Below are positions 52,166-64,000 of a DNA stretch of 64,000 bases, piece by piece. Where the stretch lies: positions 18,580,956-18,644,955 of the forward strand of contig JAUZTB010000074.1 of assembly GCA_034780895.1 (NCBI GenBank), in the 5' to 3' direction. The notes under the pieces were generated by a model, which was not told where the DNA came from, did not search any database, and worked only from the letters and a program-made list of their open reading frames with translations. This stretch comes from Rhynchobatus australiae (Eukaryota). A program made the position numbers and the translations under genes. Position 1 is the first letter of the stretch; each line of letters starts with the position of its first letter.

Positions 52166-52628
52166 NNNNNNNNNNNNNNNNNNNNNNNNNNNNNNNNNNN
52201 NNNNNNNNNNNNNNNNNNNNNNNNNNCAGTACTGACTGTTCTCCCCACCCTCATTCCCTACCCTACCGTTGTGATTTCCATTCATCAATTACGAAAGGAT
52301 CAGCCAATAACTGTACTGGTAATGGAGGTGGGAATAAGGAAAGAGATGGTTGATTAGACCAAGGCTTGTCCAACTGTTGTCTTGCTTTAAATCACAATCT
52401 CATCCAATATCTAGTGGGAAGGTCGAGACAAAGGCCCCCCTTACTCCCACTGCTTTCCCCCAAATGTATTTCATTCTAAGTTATTCCATAAGTTTCATCG
52501 GGTCCGTAATTCCACAATCAACCGAGGGAAACTTTAGAAAGGTATCCTTGTTCCTTTGGTTTCTAATATTTACTTTGTCAGTGTAGGTGGGAGCAGAAAT
52601 GATATAAATATTGAACACCAGATGATAG

Positions 52629-53155
52629 TGTCGGATCCGGTTATTTTCAAATCTGCTGATTCTTTCAGGAGTCCAAGAATGAGTTGATGCTTCACAAAGT
52701 TTTATTGGAAAATTTTAAAACAAAGAAACAGTCACAGAGCACTTGGCATTAGCTTTACTACTTAGGAGATGAGCCGAAACAAAAGGAACTAAAGTTGAGC
52801 TTGGGCCGGGAGGGGTGTGTGGGGGTGGGGTAGAGAGAACGAGAAAGAGATGAAGGCAAGAGAGAGAGAAATAGAGGCAAGAGAGAGATAAGCAGGAGAG
52901 AGATAGAGGCAAGAGAGTGATTAACAAAAACGACACCTTTTATACCTGAGATAAGAGTTACTCCTTAGCTAACAATAGGCCAATCAGGAAACCTGTTAGA
53001 TACCTGTAGCAAAACCAACCACTGAGAAAACATGTATTCACCTGATGGACGAACCAATAAGCCAGGAAGCAGCCATTCCTTGTACAGCCACTTGAGTTGT
53101 ATTAAACACTATACATGTTAAAAAACTACAGTACTTAAAACAGTCAAATCGAACA
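52629..53155 (-). mobile_element. Probable solo LTR (ERV- or Gypsy-type)
   Basis: TGT...ACA termini (tgtcgga/tcgaaca) with atgata on both flanks (52622-52627, 53156-53161). In minus order: CCAAT elements (53054, 52980), TATAAAA (52938-52944), a CT-rich tract, then AATAAA (52701-52706). Confidence 0.6.
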
Positions 53156-53160
53156 ATGAT

Positions 53161-53360
53161 AAACACAAGAGATTGCAGATGCTGGAATCTGGAGCAAACA
53201 ATAAACTGCTCGGGAACCCAGTGGGACAGGCAGCATCTGTGGAGGCAAAGGAATTGACAGTCTTAATGCACGGTCTTGACCTGAAACATCGACGACCTCT
53301 CTGCCTCCACAGTTGCTGCTTGCGCCACTGAATTCCTCCAGCAGTTTGAGTTTTGCACCA
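53161..53360. mobile_element. Miniature PLE-derived foldback with hammerhead-like loop
   Basis: Arms ~53190-53247 and ~53300-53360 (gcagcatctgtggaggca / tgcctccacagttgctgc; aaactgct / agcagttt). The loop reads agtc-ttaatgc-acggtcttgacct-gaaa-catc-gac. Confidence 0.75.
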
Positions 53361-53879
53361 ATTGATGACAGGTGTGTAAAATTAAGGAGCAGGGGTGAAA
53401 TCAAGAAATCTAGGTGCTTAATAGGAGGCTTGACTCATAGACTGAATATCCCCTTTCAGTCTGGCACCAGCAATTGGCACCAGATCAGGTGGCATCACAG
53501 AGTGATGGCAGCAATTGGTTTAACAATACAGCAGATGTCTTTGGCAGACTTCATCAGCAATGTCTTGCATAAACAACATTTACTCAATGTATGTATTGGT
53601 CAAAACATTGTGGAATCATGTCCCATTCCATTGGCTCGAGCAGAAATGTCTCGGCTGACTTTCTGGTGGTACTGATGTGTTCTGCACTCTCATATGTGCT
53701 CTCATCAATCCACAGCAAGTCTAGTCTTTCAAGTGCACCTAAAAAATGCCGTAATGTTCTTGTGAAGAAANNNNNNNNNNNNNNNNNNNNNNNNNNNNNN
53801 NNNNNNNNNNNNNNNNNNNNNNNNNNNNNNNNNNNNNNNNNNNNNNNNNNNNNNNNNNNNNNNNNNNNNNTGAAGAAAA

Positions 53880-54086
53880 GTATTTTGCTCAAATACCACC
53901 ACCAACATCACTGAAAAGAAATATCTGATCATTATCACCTCAATGTTTGTGGTAGTTTGCAGACTTATTGACATGTTTCCAATATTACAATGATTTATCA
54001 TGCTGTAAAAAAGTACTTCATCAACAATAAAATGTTTGGAGATATCCTGAGTTTGTGAAGGAATATTATTGCAAGTCTTTTCTTTC
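53880..54086 (+). mobile_element. Deu-SINE 3' half
   Basis: caacatcactgaaa..tatctgatcattatcacctcaatgtttgtgg..aaagtacttcat..gcaagtctttcttt, homologous to 45430-45620. Confidence 0.7.
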
Positions 54087-55183
54087 CACCTGACCATCAC
54101 TTCAAAGTATGTGCAATTTATGGTTAGCCAATATCTTCATACACTTGCCTCATGACCAAACTAGTTAAGGGATTTTGTTCAGAACTTCTTATTCCAACAG
54201 AGATCTTGATCTAATTCCTATTTCATTAGACAATTTGAACTTATATGGATTGTTTCCATTATGTTTATGTACACCTGGTCCTAAAAAATAAAATGATTGC
54301 ACTTACAACATTCTTCCCAGCTTCACTTCCAGCTGATTCTTAAATTTACACTATACTCAGGAGTATAAGTAATGGACAATGACATTTTCCTTAGAGCAGG
54401 AACAGAGTTAAACATTCAACATTACAAAAACATCCATTTTCAAATGCATTCTATTCCTATTAGACAAGTAAGCCACTTAATACAAAATATTTATTCATTG
54501 AGGAATCCTAATTATACCTTGCCTTATTTTTGTTGAAAACAAATTCTGCTATTCCAGCTTGGTAACATATAATACAGAATGAGAAATTATAATTTGCTCT
54601 GCCAACATGCAAAAAATATGTAAACACTCATACAAGGATGAAAGAAAATAATATCTAATTAACACAAATGAAATACATTGGCAGTGATTTGCCTGCAACA
54701 AACATTTCTACNNNNNNNNNNNNNNNNNNNNNNNNNNNNNNNNNNNNNNNNNNNNNNNNNNNNNNNNNNNNNNNNNNNNNNNNNNNNNNNNNNNNNNNNN
54801 NNNNNNNNNNNGATTTGCCTGCAACAAACATTTCTACATCATACTCATAGGAGAATCCAAATAGAATATTTCCAAGTTGAAATAGGTGCTATGGTATTTA
54901 GATTTGTTATTTTAACTGATTGTTTAGCATTCCTAATAGTAGACAAGCACTTAATTGGGAAGTCGTTAACAACTTAGGAATCAACAATTATTATCGGAAA
55001 ATTTGAGGTTATGAAGAAAGAAACAAAACTCACAATAGTAGGATTTTTCCTGTCTACATACATGCTCCTGATACTTGTCTGAGTACGCCTTACATGACTA
55101 ATATGTGTTCTTCTATCAATTAAAATTAATAGTCAGAACATCATGAGATGCCCATCAATGATTTTCTGTACTGTGCTGCCTAT

Positions 55184-55392
55184 TATGATCTGGAATGCAT
55201 TCCCTGAAAGGCCAGTGAAAGTGAAAACAATGGCAACTTTCAAAGGAGAATTAGATACCTACTTGAAAAGGAAACATATAGAAGGCAGTGAGGAAAGACC
55301 AGTGGAGTGGAACTAACTGAATGGGCTAAATGGGCTAAATGATCAAGATGGGCTAAATGGCCTCCTCTGCTTTAGGATTCTCTGCATCTATC
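55184..55392 (+). mobile_element. CR1 LINE 3' end
   Basis: IWNAFPERPVKVKTMATFKGELDTYLK followed by the tail gatgggctaaatggcctcctctg. Confidence 0.8.
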
Positions 55393-58300
55393 CTGAATCT
55401 TCAGTACAATGATTTCTTTCAATAAAATGATGGCATGATAAACACATTTTTGCCAAGTTGATGCAAATAAATATTACGTCCTTCAAACCTTGTTTTGAAA
55501 CTCAATTAAAAAAGTTATTTGGAATGATAGCACACAATGCACAACAATAGGATGGACTAAATGCAAATTTCACGGAAATAATATTATTGGATAACTATTA
55601 GAAAAGCATACTAGCTTTTGTGATAAGGTTAAAATCCATTTTCCCTGCACCGTTGGTAATATTATTGACCCTAAGTGCTCAGGTCCAATGAATTACAAAG
55701 TAGAGGAGAACAATAACTTGTTAGAGCATGATATATATTTTTGTAGATTATTGTGATAAGGTCTGTATGTCGCGACCCACTGGCGTCAAACTAATCCGGC
55801 AATATTCAGCGCTACATTGTTCTTAATCAATAACTAATTATCAAAGTATGGCTGAGGTAGCAGTTCTTTCAGAATTCCTTGTTAAAAATGGCTTTTGGCT
55901 GTGAGCAGGAAGAAAGGTCGCCTCAGTGACATCGTCACAAGCCTTTCAACATCCACTGCACTGTCAGATTGAATTACTGTTACTAACTAATTGATATAAA
56001 TTTAAACAGAAGAATGCTTGTTACTGTGGGATGTCATAATATCATCTTCAGTAAGTGTGCGTAAGGACAAGCACACTGTAGACTCCCACTCTAATAGATG
56101 CAAATTAGGCTTGGCACAGTTAGGACATGAATATGATTATAGATAAATATAAAGGAATTTAGAGACCAAGAAGAGCATATTGTTTTCTTCTAACAATTCC
56201 AGGTATACTTCTACTGAAAATCTTTAATATTAATATCAGTTTGTGAAAATATTCAGATTTCATTTCATTTCACTATGCATGATTTAGAATTTAGAATTAA
56301 TTAGGTTCTTCATAAAGTAGTAGTAACAAATAACTATTTAGTTGGGCTCACAGATATTCAGAAATAAAATCTGCTGGCTATGCTCTGTGTATCTGTGAAC
56401 ATTAAGAATCGCAATGGTAGAAATAGAATTTACAACTCAAAAATTATGCTTCATGAAAATTGTAGGCTGTTCCAAAATAATAATGGCTAAAGGTATACTT
56501 ACCTCGGAGTCCTTTTCGTTCAGAAAGACTTGAGTTAGAAGTTAATCGCAACAGTCTCCTTTTGATGTGAAGGTAAACTTACTTCAATCCATTGCACAAG
56601 CCCTTATGGCCTGCTGCACAATCCTGATATAAATATGTGCTTCAGTTGCTGTGACATGTGGATTTTTTGGTTTTAAATTATCATGCAGATTCAATCAAGG
56701 TGGTTTTACAAATTTCTCATATCAATATTATGAACTCTGGAAAAGGTTTTTTGAAAGTTAGCTGTGTGGCAAAATCATCTCGGCTTCATTTTGTTATTCT
56801 AAGGCAAATAGTTCTGTTTTTGTATAATTTTTAAATGTCTAAATACCATTTTAAGAATATGGTATTATAGTTTAGAGTTTGGTGAGTAAAGTGGAGAGGA
56901 TTTGTGACCAAATTAAACTAGGCAACCTTGAATTTATGTCATGTACATTTAATTGACTTATGAAATAACAGGGAGATTTCACGCAAAGATACAAATATGA
57001 ATGCTACTAAATACAATGCGATTTGATATAAAGATTCTTGGAATCTTACAAAGAAATTCTGTCGAATTTGTGTTACTTTTACTAAGACAAATTTAAGACA
57101 GGCAGATGTGCAACATATCAGAGAGTTACAAGCAGAACAGGAAAATACATTCACTGGTAAAAATAATTAACATAAACAAAATTGGAAATGAAAATGTTTT
57201 ATGTGATTAACAGCAAATATCAGATAAAAAATCTAAACAATAGGAAATCATTCCATCAATAACCTGTGCACAAATCATCTATCTAAATGAATTGTAGGGG
57301 AGTGATTTGATCACTGCAAAATTAATAGGAATCAGGCATTTTTTTTGATAAGTCATCCTTGTTATGATCATTCACTATTCAATTGCATTTTTAATTGTGG
57401 TTAGAATATAATAAAAAATGTTGGTTAATTGTTGAAAAAAGGTAAGTAATGTTAACTCATTGTATTAGATCCCAACCAAATGAACCTGCAGCCTATATGT
57501 TTTCATATTTCTGCTGGTTTTAGATACGTACAAATGTGCTGCAAACTAACACGCCTTGCATTTGGTGATAAATGTTCAGAACAAGAAATACAACGAGCAG
57601 TCAATTAAAAAAAGGAGCCCAGTTTGTGGAGAGAGTAAAGAATGAATACCGTAATCCCCTTTCCGGGAATTCTTGGGATCAAGATCAACGCTGCTTTTCA
57701 ACCCAGCACAGTTTTATTCTCCATTGAAGTCTTTGCTAGGTTAAAAACTATCCACATGNNNNNNNNNNNNNNNNNNNNNNNNNNNNNNNNNNNNNNNNNN
57801 NNNNNNNNNNNNNNNNNNNNNNNNNNNNNNNNNNNNNNNNNNNNNNNNNNNNNNNNNNNNNNNNNNNNNNNNNNNNNNNNNNNNNNNNNNNNNNNNNNNN
57901 NNNNNNNNNNNNNNNNNNNNNNNNNNNNNNNNNNNNNNNNNNNNNNNNNNNNNNNNNNNNNNNNNNNNNNNNNNNNNNNNNNNNNNNNNNNNNNNNNNNN
58001 NNNNNNNNNNNNNNNNNNNNNNNNNNNNNNNNNNNNNNNNNNNNNNNNNNNNNNNNNNNNNNNNNNNNNNNNNNNNNNNNNNNNNNNNNNNNNNNNNNNN
58101 NNNNNNNNNNNNNNNNNNNNNNNNNNNNNNNNNNNNNNNNNNNNNNNNTCCTTATCCCACCCCCAGTGCCTTGAAAATCATCAGTTTTAATTGCACAGCA
58201 CATTGGCTAATCTCTACAAAGGTCATTTTTGTAAAAATAAATCAAATATGCATAGCCTTAGTTGGTCCTGCACCCAGTATCAGTGATATATGAGTCCATA

Positions 58301-61300
58301 ACTGACTTTGTCAAAAATGTTGCTTTTGTTCTGATTCTCCATTTTTCCATGAAAATGTTAGAAAGTAATTGATGAGTTTGCAAAGTTGTTGCACTGAGGT
58401 CTTCATCGGTAACACTGACATGACCAATCCAAGTATTGAAAAACATTTGCTTTTCCAAGGATATATTTTAATGATTACATAACTCACATAAACAATATTT
58501 TTGGAAGTGTTGATTGAATGTAAAATACCACAAAAATGTAATGATTGTCAAAATAAAGACTTTTGTTTAAAAGGAATAAGTCCTCATGTTCTAGCATGGC
58601 AATGAATAGTTGAATGATTCTGACTGCACCATTTGTTATTTGAATTGCAATGGTGCAAACTTACACGAAATACACTTATGGGGTCACCTCTCCACTTCTG
58701 GACAATTTACTATGAATTTATTTTTTTGCTCGCTGGTGCTCATTAAGATAAATTTTGACAGAATCACAGAGGGGATTTTTCCCCATAGTGTATCTAACAT
58801 GAAAGAACTCTTTAGTCAAGTATGGCAAGGTCATTAAGGATGATTTAATTCATGGCTTGATTCCAAAAGTGTAAACTTGACCTTAGAATTAGAACGTCAG
58901 AAGTTGCAATATGTACAGCACAAAACTTTAAGGTATGACTGTGAGGAAAAGGGCAACCATATGTTTTGTGGTTGAATTCCTAACATTTACTCAGTTTAGA
59001 TATTTTGGGTGTTATCAATCCAGAACACTGTTGATCTAACTAAATAATAGCTGGAAGATCCTGATGACATAATTATAGAGCAGGTCACTTAGAATAAAGC
59101 TATATCCAAATAATGAAACACTGTAGGTGTAATGAAAATCAGATATTGAAAATTCACTTTGTGGATTAATTTCAGAAGCAGAATTTTCATGATCTAATTT
59201 TCATTCACTTATTTTTAATGTATGATACTTCTATAAATAGATCCATTAACCTGACATTGTAATTCATTCAAAGTCAAATATTCATAATTGGTGCTGGCTA
59301 ATTTAAAGCCCAGTTCTCTGACGGGTGCCAAGCTTGAGATTTATCACTTATCACTTTAACTAGTTGATAATTAGCTTTTAGAGAAATATTATCAACTCAT
59401 TTGTAACCCACCCATTTCCAGTGACAACTCGATCTGAACAAACTGGTTGTGAAAGAGTTACAAAGGATGGCACATTTTATTTAAGAAAGATGACTAATCC
59501 TGAATAGGTGAAAAGTGGAACTCTGTCCTAAGGCTTTCAGCAGCTATCAGTGAATTGCCAGCAGTTCTGCCTGTGCTAGTGAATGCTGGCACAGAAGTGC
59601 AGATTTGCAGTAAATCTGTGCTTTTGTGTGGCGTTGCAAGAGCATGCTGAAATATTTGGACACTAATACCCATTCAATTTCTGAGCTCTATAAATAAAAG
59701 CTGCTTGAAATGCAGTGGCCGTGAAGTGGTATTCTTCAGGTCACAGCAGGTAGCCCATCCTTATTACCGCAGTAGGGGAGGAGGCCAGAGCAGCGNNNNN
59801 NNNNNNNCAAGACCTTTTTACTGCAGACAAAATCACTTGTAATAAAAAAGGAGCCACATTAGAAATTTCTGGAGACCCGTGGCCATCATTATTTGAAGAT
59901 AAAAGTATTTGAATGTAATGAAAAGAGTTTAAACTCATCTGTACTGGAGTACTGGCANNNNNNNNNNNNNNNNNNNNNNNNNNNNNNNNNNNNNNNNNNN
60001 NNNNNNNNNNNNNNNNNNNNNNNNNNNNNNNNNNNNNNNNNNNNNNNNNNNNNNNNNNNNNNNNNNNNNNNNNNNNNNNNNNNNNNNNNNNGTGTGTGCA
60101 TTTGTATATCTATGTACTCTTGCAATTCTGTGTGTGTGTCTGTGTGTGTGTCTGTCAGAATAGAGGGAAAACAACTGTCTGCAATCAAAATAAAAAACAA
60201 GAGAACTGCATAACAAGAAGCTGACTTGCAATCATCCATTTTACATAGTTGCACATTGTCAAAAAATTTTTTGCAGTGTCTTTATGGTGTGCAAGTTTAA
60301 AAACTTAACGAACACATAGTGCAGCATTGTAATAACTCTTGAAAAGGTGGGGTGAGCAGCACCCAGGAGCATTAAAAGGTTGTTCAGTAGGTAACAGGAG
60401 AAATGCTGCTTGTGATTTGCCACTCAGCAAGCCACTGCACTTAGGAGGACTGCCAGGAGAAGGTGAGGAATAAAGATGATGTGCTTCCCCACAGAGAAAA
60501 TTGGAAGGGAAATCAGCTGGTGCCAACTGTGCCATTGGCGGGTTCAGAAGATCATTGGCACAGGTGTAGGAACAGATGTTTTTGCTGCCCACCTTGTGGA
60601 TAGTAACTGAGGCAGCAGAAGAATTTAACTTCACAAACCAAAAGGGGAGAGGATTAAACTAACATCTGCAGCAGAATGCACTGCAGAATGTTTCAGATTT
60701 AGAGAATGTTTCTCTTCTGTGAGTGATGATACCAGTCACCAGCTACCTGACTGTCTCTACCTGGTATACTCACAGCTATTGTTCCTACATGCCTAAGTGC
60801 TTTGGGAACATGACAAAATATTATTTTCCTTCTCTCAATTGCCTTTTTTGAAATAATTTTCCCAGCAGGAGTCAAGTGAATAGAAAATACAATCTATATT
60901 AATTCCTTCTACATCCTCTAACTCATAGTGTATACAAAGATCATGTTAAAAGTCAAGTTTGTTCTTATCTACTATCCATTTAGCAAGTTACAAACAGCAG
61001 TGCAACAAAGTGATTGGTAAATTTAAGCTTCTGCTCCTAAACTCTTATAATTATTCATGATTGCACATTTGCTTGGACAATTATAACACAACTTAAAAGA
61101 AAACTTGTGTGATAGGCATCACTTCAGAACGGTTAAATTGCAAATATGTGGATGCAACACTCTGATTAAAGGTTTGTGCATATTTGGTCTTTAGTGATTG
61201 AACAATGTTAACCTATCCAAAAGATGAGTAGTAACAAATAGAAATCCTCCATTGGTGTTAATTACGTTTATAAATGGATAATTACAGACTCTTGACACCA

Positions 61301-62425
61301 ATATTATTTTTCTTGTGAAAGATACTAATGTAAAACAGGATATCAAATGCAAGATCTCATGCATAAATTGACCAATTATAAGCCTAAAAATTATTGTGTG
61401 TGATGACATCTGAATGCTTAACATATTCATATCAAATTCACTCCATGCTTTTAATGGAAGCATAAATCCAAGCTGCTTTAAAATAGCAGGGAAAGGGATT
61501 TAATATGAGCATTTCAAGCAGTTGCAACAGATGCAGTTATTAAAAGTATGAAGGGTGACATTTTGATCCTACGATCTCTTTAAAGAACTACTGTTCAAAG
61601 AGTGTGGGTCAGAAAATTGGGAGTTGATATGTTGTGATCTTACCTTCAGCCTGGGATCTCTGTAAGTGTGGCTTCTCCACTGAGAACCTGGAAGCATCCA
61701 CATAGTTCTCTTTTAATAGGCACGTAATCTCAGAAGCAACTTTTTAAGCGGTATGGGTTCCAAACTGACTGCATACAGAGACAGAACAATGCTACACAGT
61801 GCTCCAGGAGTCTGGATTTCAAACTTTCCTTCCACTTGGCTTAAGTTAAAGTGTTGTGTGACTGCCTGTTTAGACTCAAGTAGTAAGTCCACTACTTTAG
61901 GCACAGCATGAGTAAATAATGGTGTCCTCGAGAAATATCTTTAGCATGTTAGAAACAGACCATAATATTGATTTTAGTGATTTATAAGAATAGACAGCAT
62001 AAGAGGAACATGGGTGAGTATTTGAGTTCATCAGGAGCTTGCATTATTCAATAAATAGTGGAGCAGTTGGCATTTCCTGGGACCCACTTGAAACTCCTCT
62101 TCACTCAATTGTTGTGTACACTCATGCTAAAGAAGGATTTTTGAGCACTGTGTTGTAGAAGATTGCTGTGGTAAATGAGTGTGTCTGAGGAGGGAAGAGA
62201 GCAAACAAAACCTTGGTTTGTGATCCTGCCTGCTGATTGCTGCTCAGGCCAGCAGGACTTTAGTGAGCTCGATACATGGAGACAGCCTAAAAAAGCTGCA
62301 GAAAAGTAAGGGTAAGAAAGAGGGGGTAAGATCTGAATCATCGAAACTGAGAGCAGCTAAGACAAGGCTTGAATTAAAGGGTGCCAGTGGGGAATAAGCT
62401 GAATTGCAAGAAGATGAAGAAAGCT

Positions 62426-62747
62426 GGGGTGTCACAGTTGGCGCAGTGGTAGAGTCACTGACAAACAGCTGCAGCAACCTGGGTTCAATCCTGACCTCGA
62501 GTGCTGTCTACATGGAGTTTGCGTGTTCTCTGCGTGAATTCGTAGGTTTCCTCTGGGTGCTCCAGTTCCCTCCCACATCTCAAGATGTGTGGACTGGTAG
62601 GTTAACTGGTCTAGTTTGGTGAGTGATAGAATCCAGAGGGGAGTGGAGGGGAATAAAATGGGATTGGTGTCGATGAGTGGTGGATGGGTGGTGTGGACCC
62701 GCTGGGCTGAAAGGCTTCTTTCTGAGCTTCACGTTTCTATGTTTCTA
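62426..62747 (+). mobile_element. V-SINE (HE1-like), near full length
   Basis: A box tggcgcagtgg, B box gggttcaatcc, V-domain ggagtttgcgtgttctc..ggtttcctctgggtgctccagttccctcccac and CR1-like tail tgggctgaaaggc..tttctatgtttcta. Confidence 0.9.
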
Positions 62748-62825
62748 AAGTAATGAGAACAGGAGAAGAAAAGAAAATACAAATAGTAAGCGAGCTTACA
62801 ATAGAAACCAGGAAAAATAGTGGCT

Positions 62826-62960
62826 ACTACCCTCCACCCACCTCGTCAAGCATCTCCTGTCCCCTCTGAGGCAGTCTATGGTTCATCAGCAACCCCAGAA
62901 CCCACTGAACTAGATTGGAAGCAAGTCATCCTTGACCTTGAGGGACAGTTGAAGAAGACA
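62826..62960 (+). mobile_element. RTE LINE 3' end
   Basis: cagaacccactgaactagattggaagcaagtcatccttgaccttgagggacagttgaagaaga is homologous to 6222-6266. Confidence 0.7.
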
Positions 62961-64000
62961 AGCAGAAAAAAAAGAGACCAAATTTCAAAAAGCAGAAGAA
63001 ATTAAGGGAGAGAAAAAGTTGCCAAAGCACTAGAAATTGGGTAAAAGGAACATTCTGAGCTGCAGATAAATATTTTGTTGCTTACTTTGGGTTCTTGTTA
63101 ATTCCTTTCCCATTACTGCTAAACATCTATGCAATAAATTAGATGTTCAATAGAATCCCTTTTAACCATTCACTAATTGAGAGATAGAAGCTGTTGCTAT
63201 TGCGATTATTTCAGCAATCAATGCATTTTAAACAAATTCCTCTCTGCTGTTCTAATAGAAGTGACGAACCAATTCAAATAAACAAATGAGTGCTTCTGCT
63301 CACATTGCTGAAGGAGGAATCTGATGCAACCAGTTTAAGCATTGGTAAGCTAACACCTTTAGTATTATAATTGCTGTTGTTCCAATGAGGTTGTAACAGT
63401 GATGAGAGATTGCCAAACAAGTGCCCTCATTCGCTTTATGGTCAAAACGCCAAAGTTGAGGAAAGTTCTTACCACTTGGAAATGAAACTGCAGTTCTAAA
63501 ATTGTAAGAGACGCTCAGTGGCAATAGCTGTAAATGCTCCTAATATGTGTAAGTAAGTGTACTGATCAGCTCAACCCATGTCACAGCCTTCGGCAATGTG
63601 TGCAGGTGGTCGATTGCCTCACTTAAAAAGGTTAACCTAGAGTGAACACACAGGCTCTAACTCTGAATAGGGGAAGCACCCAGGGAGCCTGTAACAATAA
63701 GCAAATAATGAAACAAACCTGACCATGGTTAAATACATAAAGTGATGAAGATTCACGGATCTCTGGCATTGAACAAGGGAAATAAAGGAACTTACCCAGC
63801 TAGAGCACAGCTGTCATTAGGCTTGTGTTAGTTCAGGGGAAGGTATGTTAGGCTGGCTGCCATTTTGATTAACTCAGAGCTAACCTCTCAATTCACATAA
63901 AGAGGATCAAAAGACACATACTTTAATCCACATCCTGCTGTTGGTTCATAATGGGCTTCAAGTGAAATACAATATAGGACACAAAATAGTTTCGGATAAA

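Noticed and set aside
54686-54837. 26-bp direct repeat flanking a gap, resembling a target-site duplication; similar cases at 26578-26693, 31899-32014, 46869-46991 and 53763-53878
   Set aside because: Each flanks a gap of exactly 100 N, so these are overlapping contig ends left unmerged, not insertions or CRISPR-like repeats.
62426-62500. tRNA-like A and B boxes
   Set aside because: No complete cloverleaf; the sequence continues directly into a V-SINE body and CR1-like tail.

Overview
AT-rich eukaryotic DNA from a gapped assembly, almost certainly a cartilaginous fish. The repeat set (HE1-like V-SINEs, SacSINE1-like Deu-SINEs, CR1/HER1, Rex1/Babar, RTE) suggests an elasmobranch; this rests on recalled family motifs, not a database search. 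No intact multi-exon gene or long ORF is present, and every long ORF in the track is N-filled, repeat-derived or chance. The window reads as one giant intron or gene desert containing three kinds of sequence: decayed retroelements and DNA transposons (CR1, RTE, Rex1/Babar, L2, two Gypsy fossils, Harbinger fossils, a probable solo LTR); repeat-free, motif-dense blocks resembling conserved non-coding enhancers; and one convincing 45-nt in-frame cassette exon (29891-29935, +) followed by three Rbfox-type GCATG sites. The most distinctive structure is a family of Penelope-like (PLE)-derived elements with degenerate minimal hammerhead-ribozyme motifs. Two copies are foldbacks (24553-25256, 53161-53360) sharing the same ~29-nt unpaired tail. 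Repeat boundaries are approximate and were set by eye.
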